A DNA stretch of 64,000 nt from a virus: IMG/VR virus record IMGVR_UViG_3300032032_000003, positions 7,553 through 71,552 of that record; one strand, given 5' to 3'. The position numbers and the translations under genes are program-made. Shown piece after piece: positions 31,023-40,790 of the stretch. Under the pieces are notes generated by a model. That model was given only the letters and a program-made list of their open reading frames with translations, searched no databases and was not told the origin of the DNA. Positions within the stretch are counted from its first letter, which is position 1, and each line of letters starts with the position of its first letter.

Positions 31023-34000
31023 ATGGCAGACGATAGAATTATAGAAAAAAGATTAGATTCAATAATGGACTCTTTGGAGGAGAAAAACCCACGACAAATG
31101 GGTGGTACGTTTGGCAATCAGGCCAACGATCTATCTGATGCAAAAGAATTTAAACAGCTTAAGAAAATTGTTGATGAGCAAGATGAGTTCCTTCGTGAAC
31201 AACACGATGCCTTAGGAAAAGATACCGGCACACTAAGGAAAGATGCCGAGACAAATAAACTAGCAAACAAGGTACAAATTGCTAAAGAACTCTTAACCTG
31301 GCACAGGGATAAGTCGTTTCACACACAACAAAGAAAGCATAATAAAAGAGCAGCCCAGTCTCGAAGGTATATGGAGAAACAGAACGATGAGATCAAAGCC
31401 TCCAATGAAGACCTTCTAAAGAAAATTAAAGAGCTACGCGGTGGTGGCGGTGGTACTGGCGGTGGCACAGGTGGTGGCACAGGTGGTGGTACTGGCGGTG
31501 GCACCGGTGGTGGCACCGGTGGTGGTACTGGTGGTGGACAAACTCCACTAGATCAGGAAGCCATTGAACAAGGATTTTCCAATGCTGAAGATAGACTAAA
31601 TCAAACAGGCTGGAAATCTGATGCAGACAAAGATGCATACGATAAGAAAAATAAAGAATTAAGGGAAAGACAAACAGCAGTTTTAGGCGAGGGTGTTAGT
31701 CCTGGTACGCCTGGATGGGATGGTCCAACAGGAGGCCGTGCTCCAGAAAGAATGGAGATCGAAACAAAACGTGGTCCAGGTAAAAAAGTATCTAAAGCAT
31801 CAGAATCCAATAGCCAAGATGGAAAATATCGAGAAGCATCAGCTTTTGGTACAGAGTTTGAAGAAGGCTCGTTTAATGATAAGTTCTTCGCACCTAAAAC
31901 ATCAGCAAGAACTTTAGATTCAAAACAACAAGTTCAAGACAAAGAGGATGTCTTTGGTGATACTGGCTTAGGCGAAAACGACAAGAACATGAGGAAACTC
32001 AGAATAGCCGGCAGGAACCTTACAAGAGCAGAACAAGACAAAAAAGGCGGAGTTAAATTTAGGAATGAACAAAGTGGTGCATATGCTAATGCTTATCAAT
32101 TTACAGAAAGTGAAGGGAGAGTTGCAGGACTAGCAGATGATATTAGAGCGGGTATGGGATATGCGGGTGGCACAACAAATAGAGAAGCCTCCATGTCATC
32201 CAAAGGCTCAGCAACATTAAGTAAAAACCTAGGAAAAAACGCAGCAGATGTCCAGCATCAAATGGACGCACTAGAAAAAGTAGATGCAGAGGGAGCCAAG
32301 AAGGCTCAAGCAGAGTTAGCTCAACTTTCAAAAATGATGGCAATACAAGCTCAAGGTGGAAAAGACGAAAAGGGCAATAAGGTTTCAGGAGATGATGTAA
32401 GAATACAAGCAGCTCGTGTACAGCAAACTTTTGATAAGACAGAACAAGGCCAAGATATCAATAAAATGCTTGATATGGAAGGTGTAAGAAACGACCTTAG
32501 TAGTGAAAGAGGAGTTACAACAGCATTTAAAAACTTTGCTGCAGTAGATTCGGATGCAGGGTTTGGCGAAGGGATGAAACAAGCCTTTACGGCAGAGAGA
32601 CTATTTGGAAAAGATAGTATGCTGGCCAGCGTATTTGGTGGTGGTGGACAGGCAGTAGAGAATCGTGTAGCAGAAGGAAAGGCTAAACAAGAGCTTGCTG
32701 TTGAAGCTCAAGCTGAAGGAATTAAAGACGCATTAGGTGAAGAAGGACTTGGCCTAATGAAAGGTGAGGACGATTACGGCAAAGCTGAAAGAGATGCGAA
32801 GAAGGCAAAAGAAGAAGAAGAATTAGGAGAGGATGCCGCTGGTAAGATTTCACCTAGAGAGACTCGAGACAAAGGCGAGGCATTATTAGAAAAAGAAGAA
32901 GACGCAAGAGGCATAGAAAAAACAGCTGCACAAGATGGCAGAGACTTTACTAAAAAAGCCAAAGAAGAATACATAAAAGAAAAAACCGAAGAGGCTAAAG
33001 AACAGACTGAAGAACAAACTAAAGAACAGACTGATAAAGCAGAAGAAAAAAGTGATGCCAAAGAAGAAGAACAAACCAAAAAGGCAGAAGGAACAGCAGA
33101 AAGAGAAAAGGAACCAGCAAAGAAAAAAGATGAAAGAACAGGTATCGATAAAGAAAGCATACAAGAAAAACAATTAGAAACCTTAGAAGAGATTAGAGAT
33201 ATATTAGAATCAGGTGCCGCAGGTGGTGGTGGTGGAGGTGAAGAAGAAGGCGGATCGGGTGGAATGATGGGCCGTCGCCGTCGAGGTAAAAAAGGCAAGG
33301 ATGGCAAGGGTAAAGATGGCAAGAAAGGTAAAGGCGGTAAAAGAGGTAAAACAGGAAAGGTAGGCAAGGTAAGCAAACTAAGCAGACTAGGCAACATGTT
33401 CAGAGGCGGTGGTGGAGGTGCAGCAGTCAGAGGCGGTGGTGCAGCAGCTACTACCTTAGCCAGTAGCGCTAGCGGAGGCGGTGGCGGATTACTGAAAGGC
33501 GCATTAAGAGGAGCATCTAGATTTGGTGGAGCCATTGCTGGTGTTGGCATGGGAGCTTATACAGCAATTAGTGGTTCCCGAGAGGCAGAAGCCGCAGCAG
33601 ATGCCGGAGAGTTAAACGCAGAAGAAGAACAAAAAGCAAAAGCAGAAGCAGTCGGAGAAGGAGCCGGTGGAGCAGGCGGTGCCATAGCAGGAGCAGCAGC
33701 AGGCGCAGCAATTGGCTCTGTTATTCCTATTGTAGGCACAGCTATTGGTGGACTCATTGGTGGAGCCATTGGTTACTTTGGTGGTAGTTGGTTAGGTAAA
33801 AAGGCCGGTGGAGCAGTAGCAGATGCTATTGATGTATCACCAGGAGAATTGGCAGAATCTAATGCACAAGCCGAAATGGCATTAGAACAAATTGAAGAAA
33901 AAGATTCTGCTTTGGCAGGTAAAATAAAACAAGAAGCAAATGAAATAGAAGCAGAACTATTAGAACAAGCAGGCGAAGACGTATCAGACCACGATAAAGC

Positions 34001-34529
34001 TGCTATTAAAAATGCTGCTATAGTTAAAGCTCTAATGAACAATGATGAAGCAACTAAAGCAATAGGTGTTGATAGAAAAACAATTGGCAAGATCCAACAA
34101 ACACAATCGGAAGTTGGTATGGCTAGAGCAGAAGCAAGCGGTTTGTATGATTCGGATTGGATGGGCAACTCTGAATTGGATGCAAGTAAACTAGAAGGAG
34201 CTTCCATACAATCATTACAAGCAATAGTTCAAGATGATGATTTGTCTGAGGAAGACATGGGCCTTGTTAAGGCAGAACTAGAGAAAAAGAAATCAGAATC
34301 TGCTTCAGTAATTGAATCAGCCACAACGCCCACAGCACAAGCTATTGAAAATAGGACTGATGAAGCAGGCGGAGGACCTACAACAGATACCGCTCCTATT
34401 GTTATAGCAAACAATGCACCACCCGCACCACCCGCACCTAGTGAGGAACCTCACATTGCAATCATGCCTGCTAGGATTAGAACAGCAAACAGTTCAATTC
34501 AAAGATTTCAAGACAAGCGGTTCGCTTAA
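31023..34529 (+). CDS. Tape-measure-like protein (gp29 position, 1168 aa)
   Basis: Follows gp26/gp51. Long helical, Ala/Gly/charged protein with a glycine-zipper hydrophobic segment (GGAIAGAAAGAAIGSVIPIVGTAIGGLIGG) and a Pro-rich C-terminus. Confidence 0.7.
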   Translation: MADDRIIEKRLDSIMDSLEEKNPRQMGGTFGNQANDLSDAKEFKQLKKIVDEQDEFLREQHDALGKDTGTLRKDAETNKLANKVQIAKELLTWHRDKSFHTQQRKHNKRAAQSRRYMEKQNDEIKASNEDLLKKIKELRGGGGGTGGGTGGGTGGGTGGGTGGGTGGGTGGGQTPLDQEAIEQGFSNAEDRLNQTGWKSDADKDAYDKKNKELRERQTAVLGEGVSPGTPGWDGPTGGRAPERMEIETKRGPGKKVSKASESNSQDGKYREASAFGTEFEEGSFNDKFFAPKTSARTLDSKQQVQDKEDVFGDTGLGENDKNMRKLRIAGRNLTRAEQDKKGGVKFRNEQSGAYANAYQFTESEGRVAGLADDIRAGMGYAGGTTNREASMSSKGSATLSKNLGKNAADVQHQMDALEKVDAEGAKKAQAELAQLSKMMAIQAQGGKDEKGNKVSGDDVRIQAARVQQTFDKTEQGQDINKMLDMEGVRNDLSSERGVTTAFKNFAAVDSDAGFGEGMKQAFTAERLFGKDSMLASVFGGGGQAVENRVAEGKAKQELAVEAQAEGIKDALGEEGLGLMKGEDDYGKAERDAKKAKEEEELGEDAAGKISPRETRDKGEALLEKEEDARGIEKTAAQDGRDFTKKAKEEYIKEKTEEAKEQTEEQTKEQTDKAEEKSDAKEEEQTKKAEGTAEREKEPAKKKDERTGIDKESIQEKQLETLEEIRDILESGAAGGGGGGEEEGGSGGMMGRRRRGKKGKDGKGKDGKKGKGGKRGKTGKVGKVSKLSRLGNMFRGGGGGAAVRGGGAAATTLASSASGGGGGLLKGALRGASRFGGAIAGVGMGAYTAISGSREAEAAADAGELNAEEEQKAKAEAVGEGAGGAGGAIAGAAAGAAIGSVIPIVGTAIGGLIGGAIGYFGGSWLGKKAGGAVADAIDVSPGELAESNAQAEMALEQIEEKDSALAGKIKQEANEIEAELLEQAGEDVSDHDKAAIKNAAIVKALMNNDEATKAIGVDRKTIGKIQQTQSEVGMARAEASGLYDSDWMGNSELDASKLEGASIQSLQAIVQDDDLSEEDMGLVKAELEKKKSESASVIESATTPTAQAIENRTDEAGGGPTTDTAPIVIANNAPPAPPAPSEEPHIAIMPARIRTANSSIQRFQDKRFA
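31441..31538 (+). repeat. Coding tandem repeat (GGGT)n in the tape-measure-like gene
   Basis: About eight 12-nt units GGY-GGY-GGY-ACH with varied third positions. Confidence 0.85.
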
Positions 34530-34672
34530 TGAAGATTCCAGACGAAGAGATATGGGAGTATGCCCATAGATTGAGACGCAATATTAAAAAGCCACAAGAG
34601 CTAAATGCGTTTGCTATAATTTTAATTTGTTGTTTTGTTGTTTATATAGCTTTCGATATGTTTGTTGATTAA
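34529..34672 (+). CDS. Possible 47-aa single-TM protein (not in the ORF track)
   Basis: TAATG coupling to the tape-measure stop; MKIPDEEIWEYAHRLRRNIKKPQELNAFAIILICCFVVYIAFDMFVD*; overlaps the convergent gene by about 50 nt. Confidence 0.4.
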   Translation: MKIPDEEIWEYAHRLRRNIKKPQELNAFAIILICCFVVYIAFDMFVD

Positions 34673-36112
34673 CTCATATCTATCAGGACCCATTTCAGTA
34701 TAATTCATTCTTGCAATATCTTTCCAAGTAACATTAGGATCAACGAAATAGTGATCAACAACAAACGGGTCTATATATTCTGTATGTAAAAATTCCTCTG
34801 ACAACCATTTAAGAGCATCATACGTTGTCATGTTCCCACTATCCCAAGAAAGATATGCTCCACTTTTTATTAAGTCATAAAGTGATTGATACCATGGATA
34901 ATTTCCTGTGTATATGCCTTTGTTCTCAGGATCAAATGGAACCTTTTTGTAACCATATTCGTCCCAAGCTTTATCCATTTTTGAATAGTGACTAAGTTCT
35001 GTAGGGAAAACATTTAAATCTTTTATCATAAGCACAGACATTTGATAAGGATTACCTTTCCAATAAGTATCAACCCATCGTTTAGTTTCCCGCAGCGTGT
35101 CTAATGTTTCGTGTGGTAAACCAGCAATCAACGATAAATGTCCTTTGTAATAACCAGCATGCTTATTAAAATATTCTTTTACCTCTATCAAGCCATCTTG
35201 TAAACGCCCTGTATTCATACCTTTGCCAATAGCTTTAGCTGAGGCATTATTAAAAGATTCTACACCATAGAAGTGAGAACAAAATCCCATTGATATTAAA
35301 TTGTCCCAATCCTTTTTTCTACTTGCTATTAAATCTGCTCTAATATAACCTGTGAGTTTAGGTTCGAATGGCAATTTTTTCATTACATTAGCAAACTTCT
35401 CAATCTTCTTACTTGTATCATTAAATGTTTCGTCTAATACGATATATGTTTCTGTCCCCCACTTATCATAATTCTCTGATAACTCATCATATAAATTTTG
35501 TGCTGCTCTTGTATGATCTTCTGTTACTCCCAGGACAGGAAAAGAACAAAAGCCACATCTAAATTTACAACCACGAGCAAACTCTAATAACAATACTTCT
35601 CTATCTGTTATCCCATCACGTTCTTCATATCTAACAGTTAAGTCTGCCTTTGGATACGCTTGGTAATTATGATATGCATCTATAGTTTTGTCTGTATTAA
35701 CGGGTTCTGGTCCGCCCTGAAAGTGTCTTAATAATTCTAGTATAGCATATTCACCATAACCAAAAATCTGCCAATCACAATTTAATGGCTTCATAGACAT
35801 GTTTTGGCTTCCTGCTACTGTTGGTATATCAGGATACTGTGTTTTTATGTATTCAATAAGTTTTAAAAGTGCAGGGGTTGCAATAGAGAAGGTAGAACTA
35901 AATCCTAAAAAGAGAGTGTCCTTTGTAATCCTATCATCAACTAAAATTTTAAGCTGTTCAAAAGTCCAAGCATGAATGTAATCTATGACTTCAATATCAT
36001 ATTCATGTTCTCTTAAAAACGAAGCTATTTTATGTGCGCCAGAAGATCTTCTCATACTAGGATCTGTACCCTGGTACGTTGTCAAAAGGCCGCCGAAAAT
36101 TAAGCCGTGCAC
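34622..36112 (-). CDS. Cobalamin-binding radical SAM enzyme (class B methyltransferase-like)
   Basis: N-terminal Rossmann-like B12 domain (GFSSTF, GYGE), EFARGCKFRCGFC (CxxxCxxC), DETFND, RADL, GVESF, I.GLP.ET; GTG start. Confidence 0.85.
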   Translation of the reverse strand: MHGLIFGGLLTTYQGTDPSMRRSSGAHKIASFLREHEYDIEVIDYIHAWTFEQLKILVDDRITKDTLFLGFSSTFSIATPALLKLIEYIKTQYPDIPTVAGSQNMSMKPLNCDWQIFGYGEYAILELLRHFQGGPEPVNTDKTIDAYHNYQAYPKADLTVRYEERDGITDREVLLLEFARGCKFRCGFCSFPVLGVTEDHTRAAQNLYDELSENYDKWGTETYIVLDETFNDTSKKIEKFANVMKKLPFEPKLTGYIRADLIASRKKDWDNLISMGFCSHFYGVESFNNASAKAIGKGMNTGRLQDGLIEVKEYFNKHAGYYKGHLSLIAGLPHETLDTLRETKRWVDTYWKGNPYQMSVLMIKDLNVFPTELSHYSKMDKAWDEYGYKKVPFDPENKGIYTGNYPWYQSLYDLIKSGAYLSWDSGNMTTYDALKWLSEEFLHTEYIDPFVVDHYFVDPNVTWKDIARMNYTEMGPDRYELINKHIESYINNKTTN

Positions 36113-36120
36113 CTTACTAC

Positions 36121-36573
36121 CTATAGTTTTGACACTCTGTCTGACAGTCGGGTTGCTCTATTTCCTACTTGTCTAGCCCACTTACTGTCTAACATTTCTT
36201 CAGAAGCAAGCTTCCAATGATGGTTCTCTAAATGGCCTATAAACTTTTTGAATTTACCAAGTCTATTTCTTCCTAAGTTAAACATCATATTAACAAGAAC
36301 TTCTTGTAGTTCTGCTGGAAAGTTATTCCAACGAGCTTCAAATAGTATTGCACATTCGCCGATGGCTGTATCTAAATCCTTTTGAAAGACTTCATAAATT
36401 CTTTCTTCAGTTACTTCATAACCTTCTGGCAAGTTCCATTCATCATCATCTTTTAAAATTAAATGTCCTACTCCAAAGGTTAAATATCCTAAGTGATCTT
36501 TATATACTCCATATACTACTCCCTCATCAATTTTTAATTGTTCATAAACATTGTCTCTATTTTCTTTTTTCAT
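36121..36573 (-). CDS. T4-type lysozyme (GH24 endolysin)
   Basis: LKIDEG....VYKDHLGYLTFGVGHL (catalytic E, D, T); LVNMMFNLG; EMLDSKWARQVGNRA.RL. Confidence 0.93.
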   Translation of the reverse strand: MKKENRDNVYEQLKIDEGVVYGVYKDHLGYLTFGVGHLILKDDDEWNLPEGYEVTEERIYEVFQKDLDTAIGECAILFEARWNNFPAELQEVLVNMMFNLGRNRLGKFKKFIGHLENHHWKLASEEMLDSKWARQVGNRATRLSDRVSKL

Positions 36574-37325
36574 TTCATATATCCTAACATTATATCGGGT
36601 TTAAGAAAACATACTGTAATACTGATCCGTAGTTTTCCATATTCTTCATTATCTGGATCTCGATAAAATTTATTAAGTCCTTGTATGTCATTCTTCTTAA
36701 ATAAGTAAGAATCTTTACCAGGCACTTCGTGTTCTAACCAGGGTGGCCAAATAAATAAGTCTCCTGTTTTAGGAAATATTGTTTCCTCTAACTTAACTTT
36801 AGGTGTTCCGGGTATTGTATTACCAACTAAAGCATTTATAGGAGATCTAAAAGATATTGGTGCGTGTCCAGGTTCGTGCTGTACATAATACGTTCCAAGC
36901 ATACAATACTGTGAATGATGGTGCCAAGGGTAATCATCTTTTTCATTCATGACACTCCACCATGCTTGTACTGGCCAATAATGTTCTAATTGGGCTATAT
37001 GAGGATAATCAGTTATCTCTTTGAAATACTCTATTGCGTGTTTATGTATTATTTTTCTTAAGTCTTTCCAACCATCAACACCGTTCATAGACACTTCGCC
37101 GGGTGGATTTTTTAGCCAGCTAGTTCCTGTTTTTTTATCAGAAATATGATTCCCTTCACTATCATATAAACCTAAGCGTCTCCAGACTCTTCCTTTTATA
37201 GGATTATCATCTTCATAATATGCTCTTTCATCATATATTTTTGTAATAGAAGTAGCCAACCTTTCTTGTAATTCTGGGGCCACATCATTTTCCAAATACA
37301 TTTTAGTTGGAAATAAATCAATCAT
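36570..37325 (-). CDS. 2OG-Fe(II) oxygenase (TIGR02466-like)
   Basis: HHH...MLGTYYV, GDLFIWPPWLEHEV, RISI. Confidence 0.8.
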   Translation of the reverse strand: MIDLFPTKMYLENDVAPELQERLATSITKIYDERAYYEDDNPIKGRVWRRLGLYDSEGNHISDKKTGTSWLKNPPGEVSMNGVDGWKDLRKIIHKHAIEYFKEITDYPHIAQLEHYWPVQAWWSVMNEKDDYPWHHHSQYCMLGTYYVQHEPGHAPISFRSPINALVGNTIPGTPKVKLEETIFPKTGDLFIWPPWLEHEVPGKDSYLFKKNDIQGLNKFYRDPDNEEYGKLRISITVCFLKPDIMLGYMK

Positions 37326-37330
37326 GTCAA

Positions 37331-37338
37331 TATTTATA
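37331..37338 (-). promoter_or_regulatory. T4-type late promoter 5 nt upstream of ATG 37325
   Basis: TATAAATA-TTGAC-ATG. Confidence 0.75.
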
Positions 37339-37340
37339 TG

Positions 37341-37366
37341 AAAAAAGAAGCCCTCCTAAGAGGGCT
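37341..37366 (-). terminator. Rho-independent terminator after gene 32
   Basis: AGCCCTC-TTAG-GAGGGCT hairpin followed by TCTTTTTT on the minus strand. Confidence 0.85.
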
Positions 37367-37382
37367 CCAAAACTTTGAAAGT

Positions 37383-38294
37383 TTAGTCTTCAGCCAGGGA
37401 TTTAAAGTACGACAAAGTTTCATCTTCATCTTCATTATTGGTTGAAGGTTCTGGTGCTGCTTGAACGGACTTTACTTTTTCCATAAAGTGATCGTCTGCT
37501 GCATCGTTTGTAGTTTGAGAGATCTGCTCAGCCGTTGCGACCTTAGGACCACCCGAAAGAACTAAAGTTAATTTAGCTTTAAGTTCTTCATAAGTTTTGA
37601 ATTCAGTTGGACCAACCTTCTCTTGTAAAGAATGTTGTTTAGCCCAAATCTCTTCAATTTTCTCATCACTACCATCAATAGGTGTGGCTTTATCAAATTC
37701 ACTTTTATCATAATTACGATAGCCTTCTACCTGTCGAATCTTTAATTTGAAGTTTGCTCCTTCCCAAAAGTCAAAAGGATTGACTGGGTTTTCGTCTTCA
37801 AATTGTGGTTGCATAACATCTTTAATCTTGTCAAAGATTTTCTTACCAAACTTGTAGTAATATACATTACCTACTGAATCTGGATTAGATGAGTCTTCAA
37901 CGACTAAAATGTTAGCATAATAACTTAGGCGCCTCTTTTGCTTACGCGCAATATCCTTATTTGCTTCAACACCAGAGTTCCAAAGTTCGGAATTTAATTC
38001 TGAGACTGGATCTTGCTTGTTTAAAGTTGTAAGTGAATTTTCGATATACCATTTCCCGGTTGGTCCTTGGAATCCATGATTCCACATTCTAACCCAGGGC
38101 ATATCTTCGCCTTGAGGTGCAGGCAAGAACCTAATAACGGCGTAACCGTTACCTGCCTTGTCTACTGTTGGTTTCCATTCCCGCTCATCACCTTTTTTAA
38201 ATGATTGGGGATTTGAGATTTTCTCGACTTCTTTCATTAAGTTGTCGAAGTTGCCTCTTTGTTTTCTGAGGTCTGAAAGTGTATTAAACGACAT
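37383..38294 (-). CDS. gp32: Single-stranded DNA-binding protein
   Basis: WKP.VDKAGNGYAVIRFLP, HGFQGPTGKWYIENSLTT, FGKKIFDKI, NPFDFWEGANFKLKI, acidic tail SYF..LAED. Confidence 0.97.
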   Translation of the reverse strand: MSFNTLSDLRKQRGNFDNLMKEVEKISNPQSFKKGDEREWKPTVDKAGNGYAVIRFLPAPQGEDMPWVRMWNHGFQGPTGKWYIENSLTTLNKQDPVSELNSELWNSGVEANKDIARKQKRRLSYYANILVVEDSSNPDSVGNVYYYKFGKKIFDKIKDVMQPQFEDENPVNPFDFWEGANFKLKIRQVEGYRNYDKSEFDKATPIDGSDEKIEEIWAKQHSLQEKVGPTEFKTYEELKAKLTLVLSGGPKVATAEQISQTTNDAADDHFMEKVKSVQAAPEPSTNNEDEDETLSYFKSLAED

Positions 38295-38304
38295 ATTATT
38301 CTCC

Positions 38305-38351
38305 TGTATTGCGTTGTATTACGTTGTATTGCATTGTATTTGCGTTGTATT
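38305..38351 (-). repeat. About five tandem 10-nt repeats (AATACAACGC consensus) directly upstream of the gp32 RBS
   Basis: Plus strand reads TGTATT GCGTTGTATT ACGTTGTATT GCATTGTATT TGCGTTGTATT, abutting CTCCT (AGGAG). Confidence 0.85.
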
Positions 38352-38969
38352 AGAACTATTTCTAGTCCTAGCAATCTTATTTATAAGACCTTTATGTTTG
38401 TCAGCAAGTAATTTGGTATTACTCATTACGAATGGTTCATACCTTTTAACTAATAAACATGTATCTCCTATTATAAGATCTTCTATATAATCATCCACAA
38501 AAGGCAGTATTTGATCTAATATAACAACGCTTTCTATTGCTATATGTTTACCTAATAACAACCGTATTTCTACTGGATGATCTTTATTAGATCCCATAAG
38601 TTTTCTATCTGAATTTATTATGGTTTCTAAATCTTGGCCAAACGTGTAACTAATTTTATCCCTTCTAGCTTCCCATGCCTTAAACGTTTGATTGCTTTCT
38701 ATACCAAATGGCATTCCACATTTAGTATCTCCTGCTGCTGCATTAGCAACAGATAAAGCTATGAATTCTTCTTTTTTATATTTGTCAGATATCATTTTAA
38801 ACATTCCTACCATGCCATGTTTTGATTCAAAAACACGGTTTGGAATGTTAAGGGCTCTACCATACTTGTATCTATTCTTAAACATGTTAGGGTATTTCTT
38901 TTGATTATACTTACCCCAAAAATGATTTTTAACAGCTACATGAATTTTGTATGCCTCTAATGGTGTCAT
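38319..38969 (-). CDS. gp59: Helicase loader
   Basis: EAYK...AVKNHF...Y...KY; W..R...SY.F..DL; HP.....LL...I.IES.VILD; K.Y.PF; lies between gp33 and gp32. Confidence 0.8.
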   Translation of the reverse strand: MTPLEAYKIHVAVKNHFWGKYNQKKYPNMFKNRYKYGRALNIPNRVFESKHGMVGMFKMISDKYKKEEFIALSVANAAAGDTKCGMPFGIESNQTFKAWEARRDKISYTFGQDLETIINSDRKLMGSNKDHPVEIRLLLGKHIAIESVVILDQILPFVDDYIEDLIIGDTCLLVKRYEPFVMSNTKLLADKHKGLINKIARTRNSSNTTQIQCNTT

Positions 38970-39265
38970 ATGGGTAAGCTAGACTTTCTCTTTTCTTTAA
39001 GTAAGTTAAGATCTAACGCTTCTTCTTTTATCTTTGCTTTGATAGAAGCTGTTAAGAACTTACTAATACTCTCGATTTCAATTGTCCTCTTTTCACAGTA
39101 ATCCACAACAATATCCATACATGGTGAGTTCGTATTGAACGCCATCTTTTCGATAAATTGTGAAAATTCTGTAGAGGTATGAAACTCCTTTGTAACGAGA
39201 AAGACATCACTAACTTTTTCTTCAGTCATTTTTATTGTGTTGTCTACTACTACTTTTGGCATCAT
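38966..39265 (-). CDS. gp33: Late promoter transcription coactivator
   Basis: FS..IE......MD.VV.YCE...IE.ES..K.L...IK.KI..EA..LN.L.......LPI. Confidence 0.88.
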   Translation of the reverse strand: MMPKVVVDNTIKMTEEKVSDVFLVTKEFHTSTEFSQFIEKMAFNTNSPCMDIVVDYCEKRTIEIESISKFLTASIKAKIKEEALDLNLLKEKRKSSLPI

Positions 39266-40121
39266 TTTTCTTGTTCTCCTTCACCCATTTTTTAATATAA
39301 TCGTGGACATCATTATGGCATTCTATATAAGGTTGAGTGCAACAGGTGCGCTTTGCCTCTCCCTTTCTATCAAATGTATGTACCACAGGATGATCAAACG
39401 CTTCTGCAATAGAAGATATTGTTTTAGGATCACCCTTTCCAAAGTGTGCTGCAGGAGGTAAGTTAGGATCAGCCATGATCTGTAACATTCCTTGTACAAC
39501 ATCGTGAACATGGGTAAAGTCTCTTTCCTTTTTCCCTGTTCCATAAATTGTTAATGCTTCGCCTTTTAAATAGTCTTGTTTAAATTTCCTAACGATTGTA
39601 CTATATTCTCCATAGTCAGCCTCGCCAGGTCCATATACATTATAAAAATACATCAAAACATAATCTAAAGAATATAATTTCCTATACAAATATAGTAACT
39701 GCTCACACATTACCTTGCTAAATGTATAGGGATTTTCTTGTGCTTCTTGATATTGTGTACTCGAAGAAGTAGCAAAAAACAATTTACAATTAAATACTCT
39801 TGCCCAATCTGCTACGGCTGTGGTTGTAGCAATATTATTGGTTATTGTTTCTGATGGATATTCTAAAGAACGCCTTACTCGTGGACTATTTGCTAAATGA
39901 AATATACAAGCAGGTGGTTCTATTGTTGCATGATGTGGATTAAAGGTTGATACTTCTTGTTTATGATACTCAACGTTGGCGTGTTTAAAATAAACTTTTC
40001 CTGTTCTATTATCATCAACCACAGTAACAAAAAATCCTTGTTCAAGTAAGTTTGCTACAAAGTGTGATCCAATGAATCCGCAACCACCGGTAACTATAAT
40101 ATTAGGCATATCCGTTAACAT
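39222..40121 (-). CDS. NAD-dependent nucleotide-sugar epimerase/dehydratase (extended SDR)
   Basis: IVTGGCGFIGSH, YxxxK (PYTFSK), FYNVYGP, GTGKKERDFTHV.DV. Confidence 0.9.
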   Translation of the reverse strand: MLTDMPNIIVTGGCGFIGSHFVANLLEQGFFVTVVDDNRTGKVYFKHANVEYHKQEVSTFNPHHATIEPPACIFHLANSPRVRRSLEYPSETITNNIATTTAVADWARVFNCKLFFATSSSTQYQEAQENPYTFSKVMCEQLLYLYRKLYSLDYVLMYFYNVYGPGEADYGEYSTIVRKFKQDYLKGEALTIYGTGKKERDFTHVHDVVQGMLQIMADPNLPPAAHFGKGDPKTISSIAEAFDHPVVHTFDRKGEAKRTCCTQPYIECHNDVHDYIKKWVKENKKNDAKSSSRQHNKND

Positions 40122-40127
40122 AGTGTT

Positions 40128-40156
40128 ATTATAGTTTCTTTAGAAGTATTAATCAA
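40128..40156 (-). promoter_or_regulatory. Sigma70-like promoter 6 nt upstream of the epimerase ATG
   Basis: TTGATT-17 nt-TATAAT-AACACT-ATG. Confidence 0.6.
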
Positions 40157-40640
40157 GAGGTTTATAGAAGATATGGTTGTCTATACTAACCGTTTGAACA
40201 TAATGACTAGCCCAATCAGGGTTAACCTTTTTACTGTGATACCATAAAGCGCCTTGTGTAAAGTCTTTTGATTCCCAACCTAACATTACAGATGCTAGTA
40301 ATACAATATCGTCCCAGCATTTTTCTGTTGGTGCATCTGATTTACCATCACAATACCAACTGAACTGACACGAATGAAGATCTATTCTACCGCTGGGATA
40401 GTATTTAGTCTGTTTAACAACACCACAAACCGTGTCAGGAAAGTTAGGGTGTTCTACTCTGTTTAGTGTTACTAGAGCTACTGCAATTCTTCCAGCAGTT
40501 GATTCGCTTCTAGCTTCAAAATATATATTCTCTGCCAAACATTGGATGTCTTCATGTTGTTCTGCCTTAACAGGCCCCGTGAAAAATCCTAGTAACATTC
40601 CGAAAAATAATATTGGTAACAATGGCCATTTTCTATTCAT
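40149..40640 (-). CDS. SleB/CwlJ-like cell wall hydrolase (Hydrolase_2) with N-terminal signal/TM
   Basis: CLAENIYFEARSES..G..AVA.V.LNRV....FP.TVC.VV.Q, CQFSW.CDG, T.GAL.YH...V.P.W, I.NHIFY. Confidence 0.92.
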   Translation of the reverse strand: MNRKWPLLPILFFGMLLGFFTGPVKAEQHEDIQCLAENIYFEARSESTAGRIAVALVTLNRVEHPNFPDTVCGVVKQTKYYPSGRIDLHSCQFSWYCDGKSDAPTEKCWDDIVLLASVMLGWESKDFTQGALWYHSKKVNPDWASHYVQTVSIDNHIFYKPLD

Positions 40641-40665
40641 AGTCTTTGCCTCCTTTATTGTTTGT

Positions 40666-40743
40666 TATTTATAGTGTATATTATAGACTAATCTGAGGTA
40701 AGAATCAAGCCCAAAAGTACCAAAACTTCTGTGTGTATAAATA
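40666..40743. promoter_or_regulatory. Divergent promoter region: minus-strand late TATAAATA (40666-40673), minus-strand sigma70-like TTGATT-17-TATAAT (40680-40708), plus-strand late TATAAATA (40736-40743)
   Basis: Consensus matches read directly from the sequence. Confidence 0.7.
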
Positions 40744-40790
40744 CATTGGTGTTATAATACACTAAAACAGGAAACTATAGGAGGTTTTTC

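Noticed and set aside
32774-34414. Long minus-strand ORFs (258, 144, 95 aa and others)
   Set aside because: Antisense shadows of the low-complexity tape-measure-like gene; no recognisable motifs
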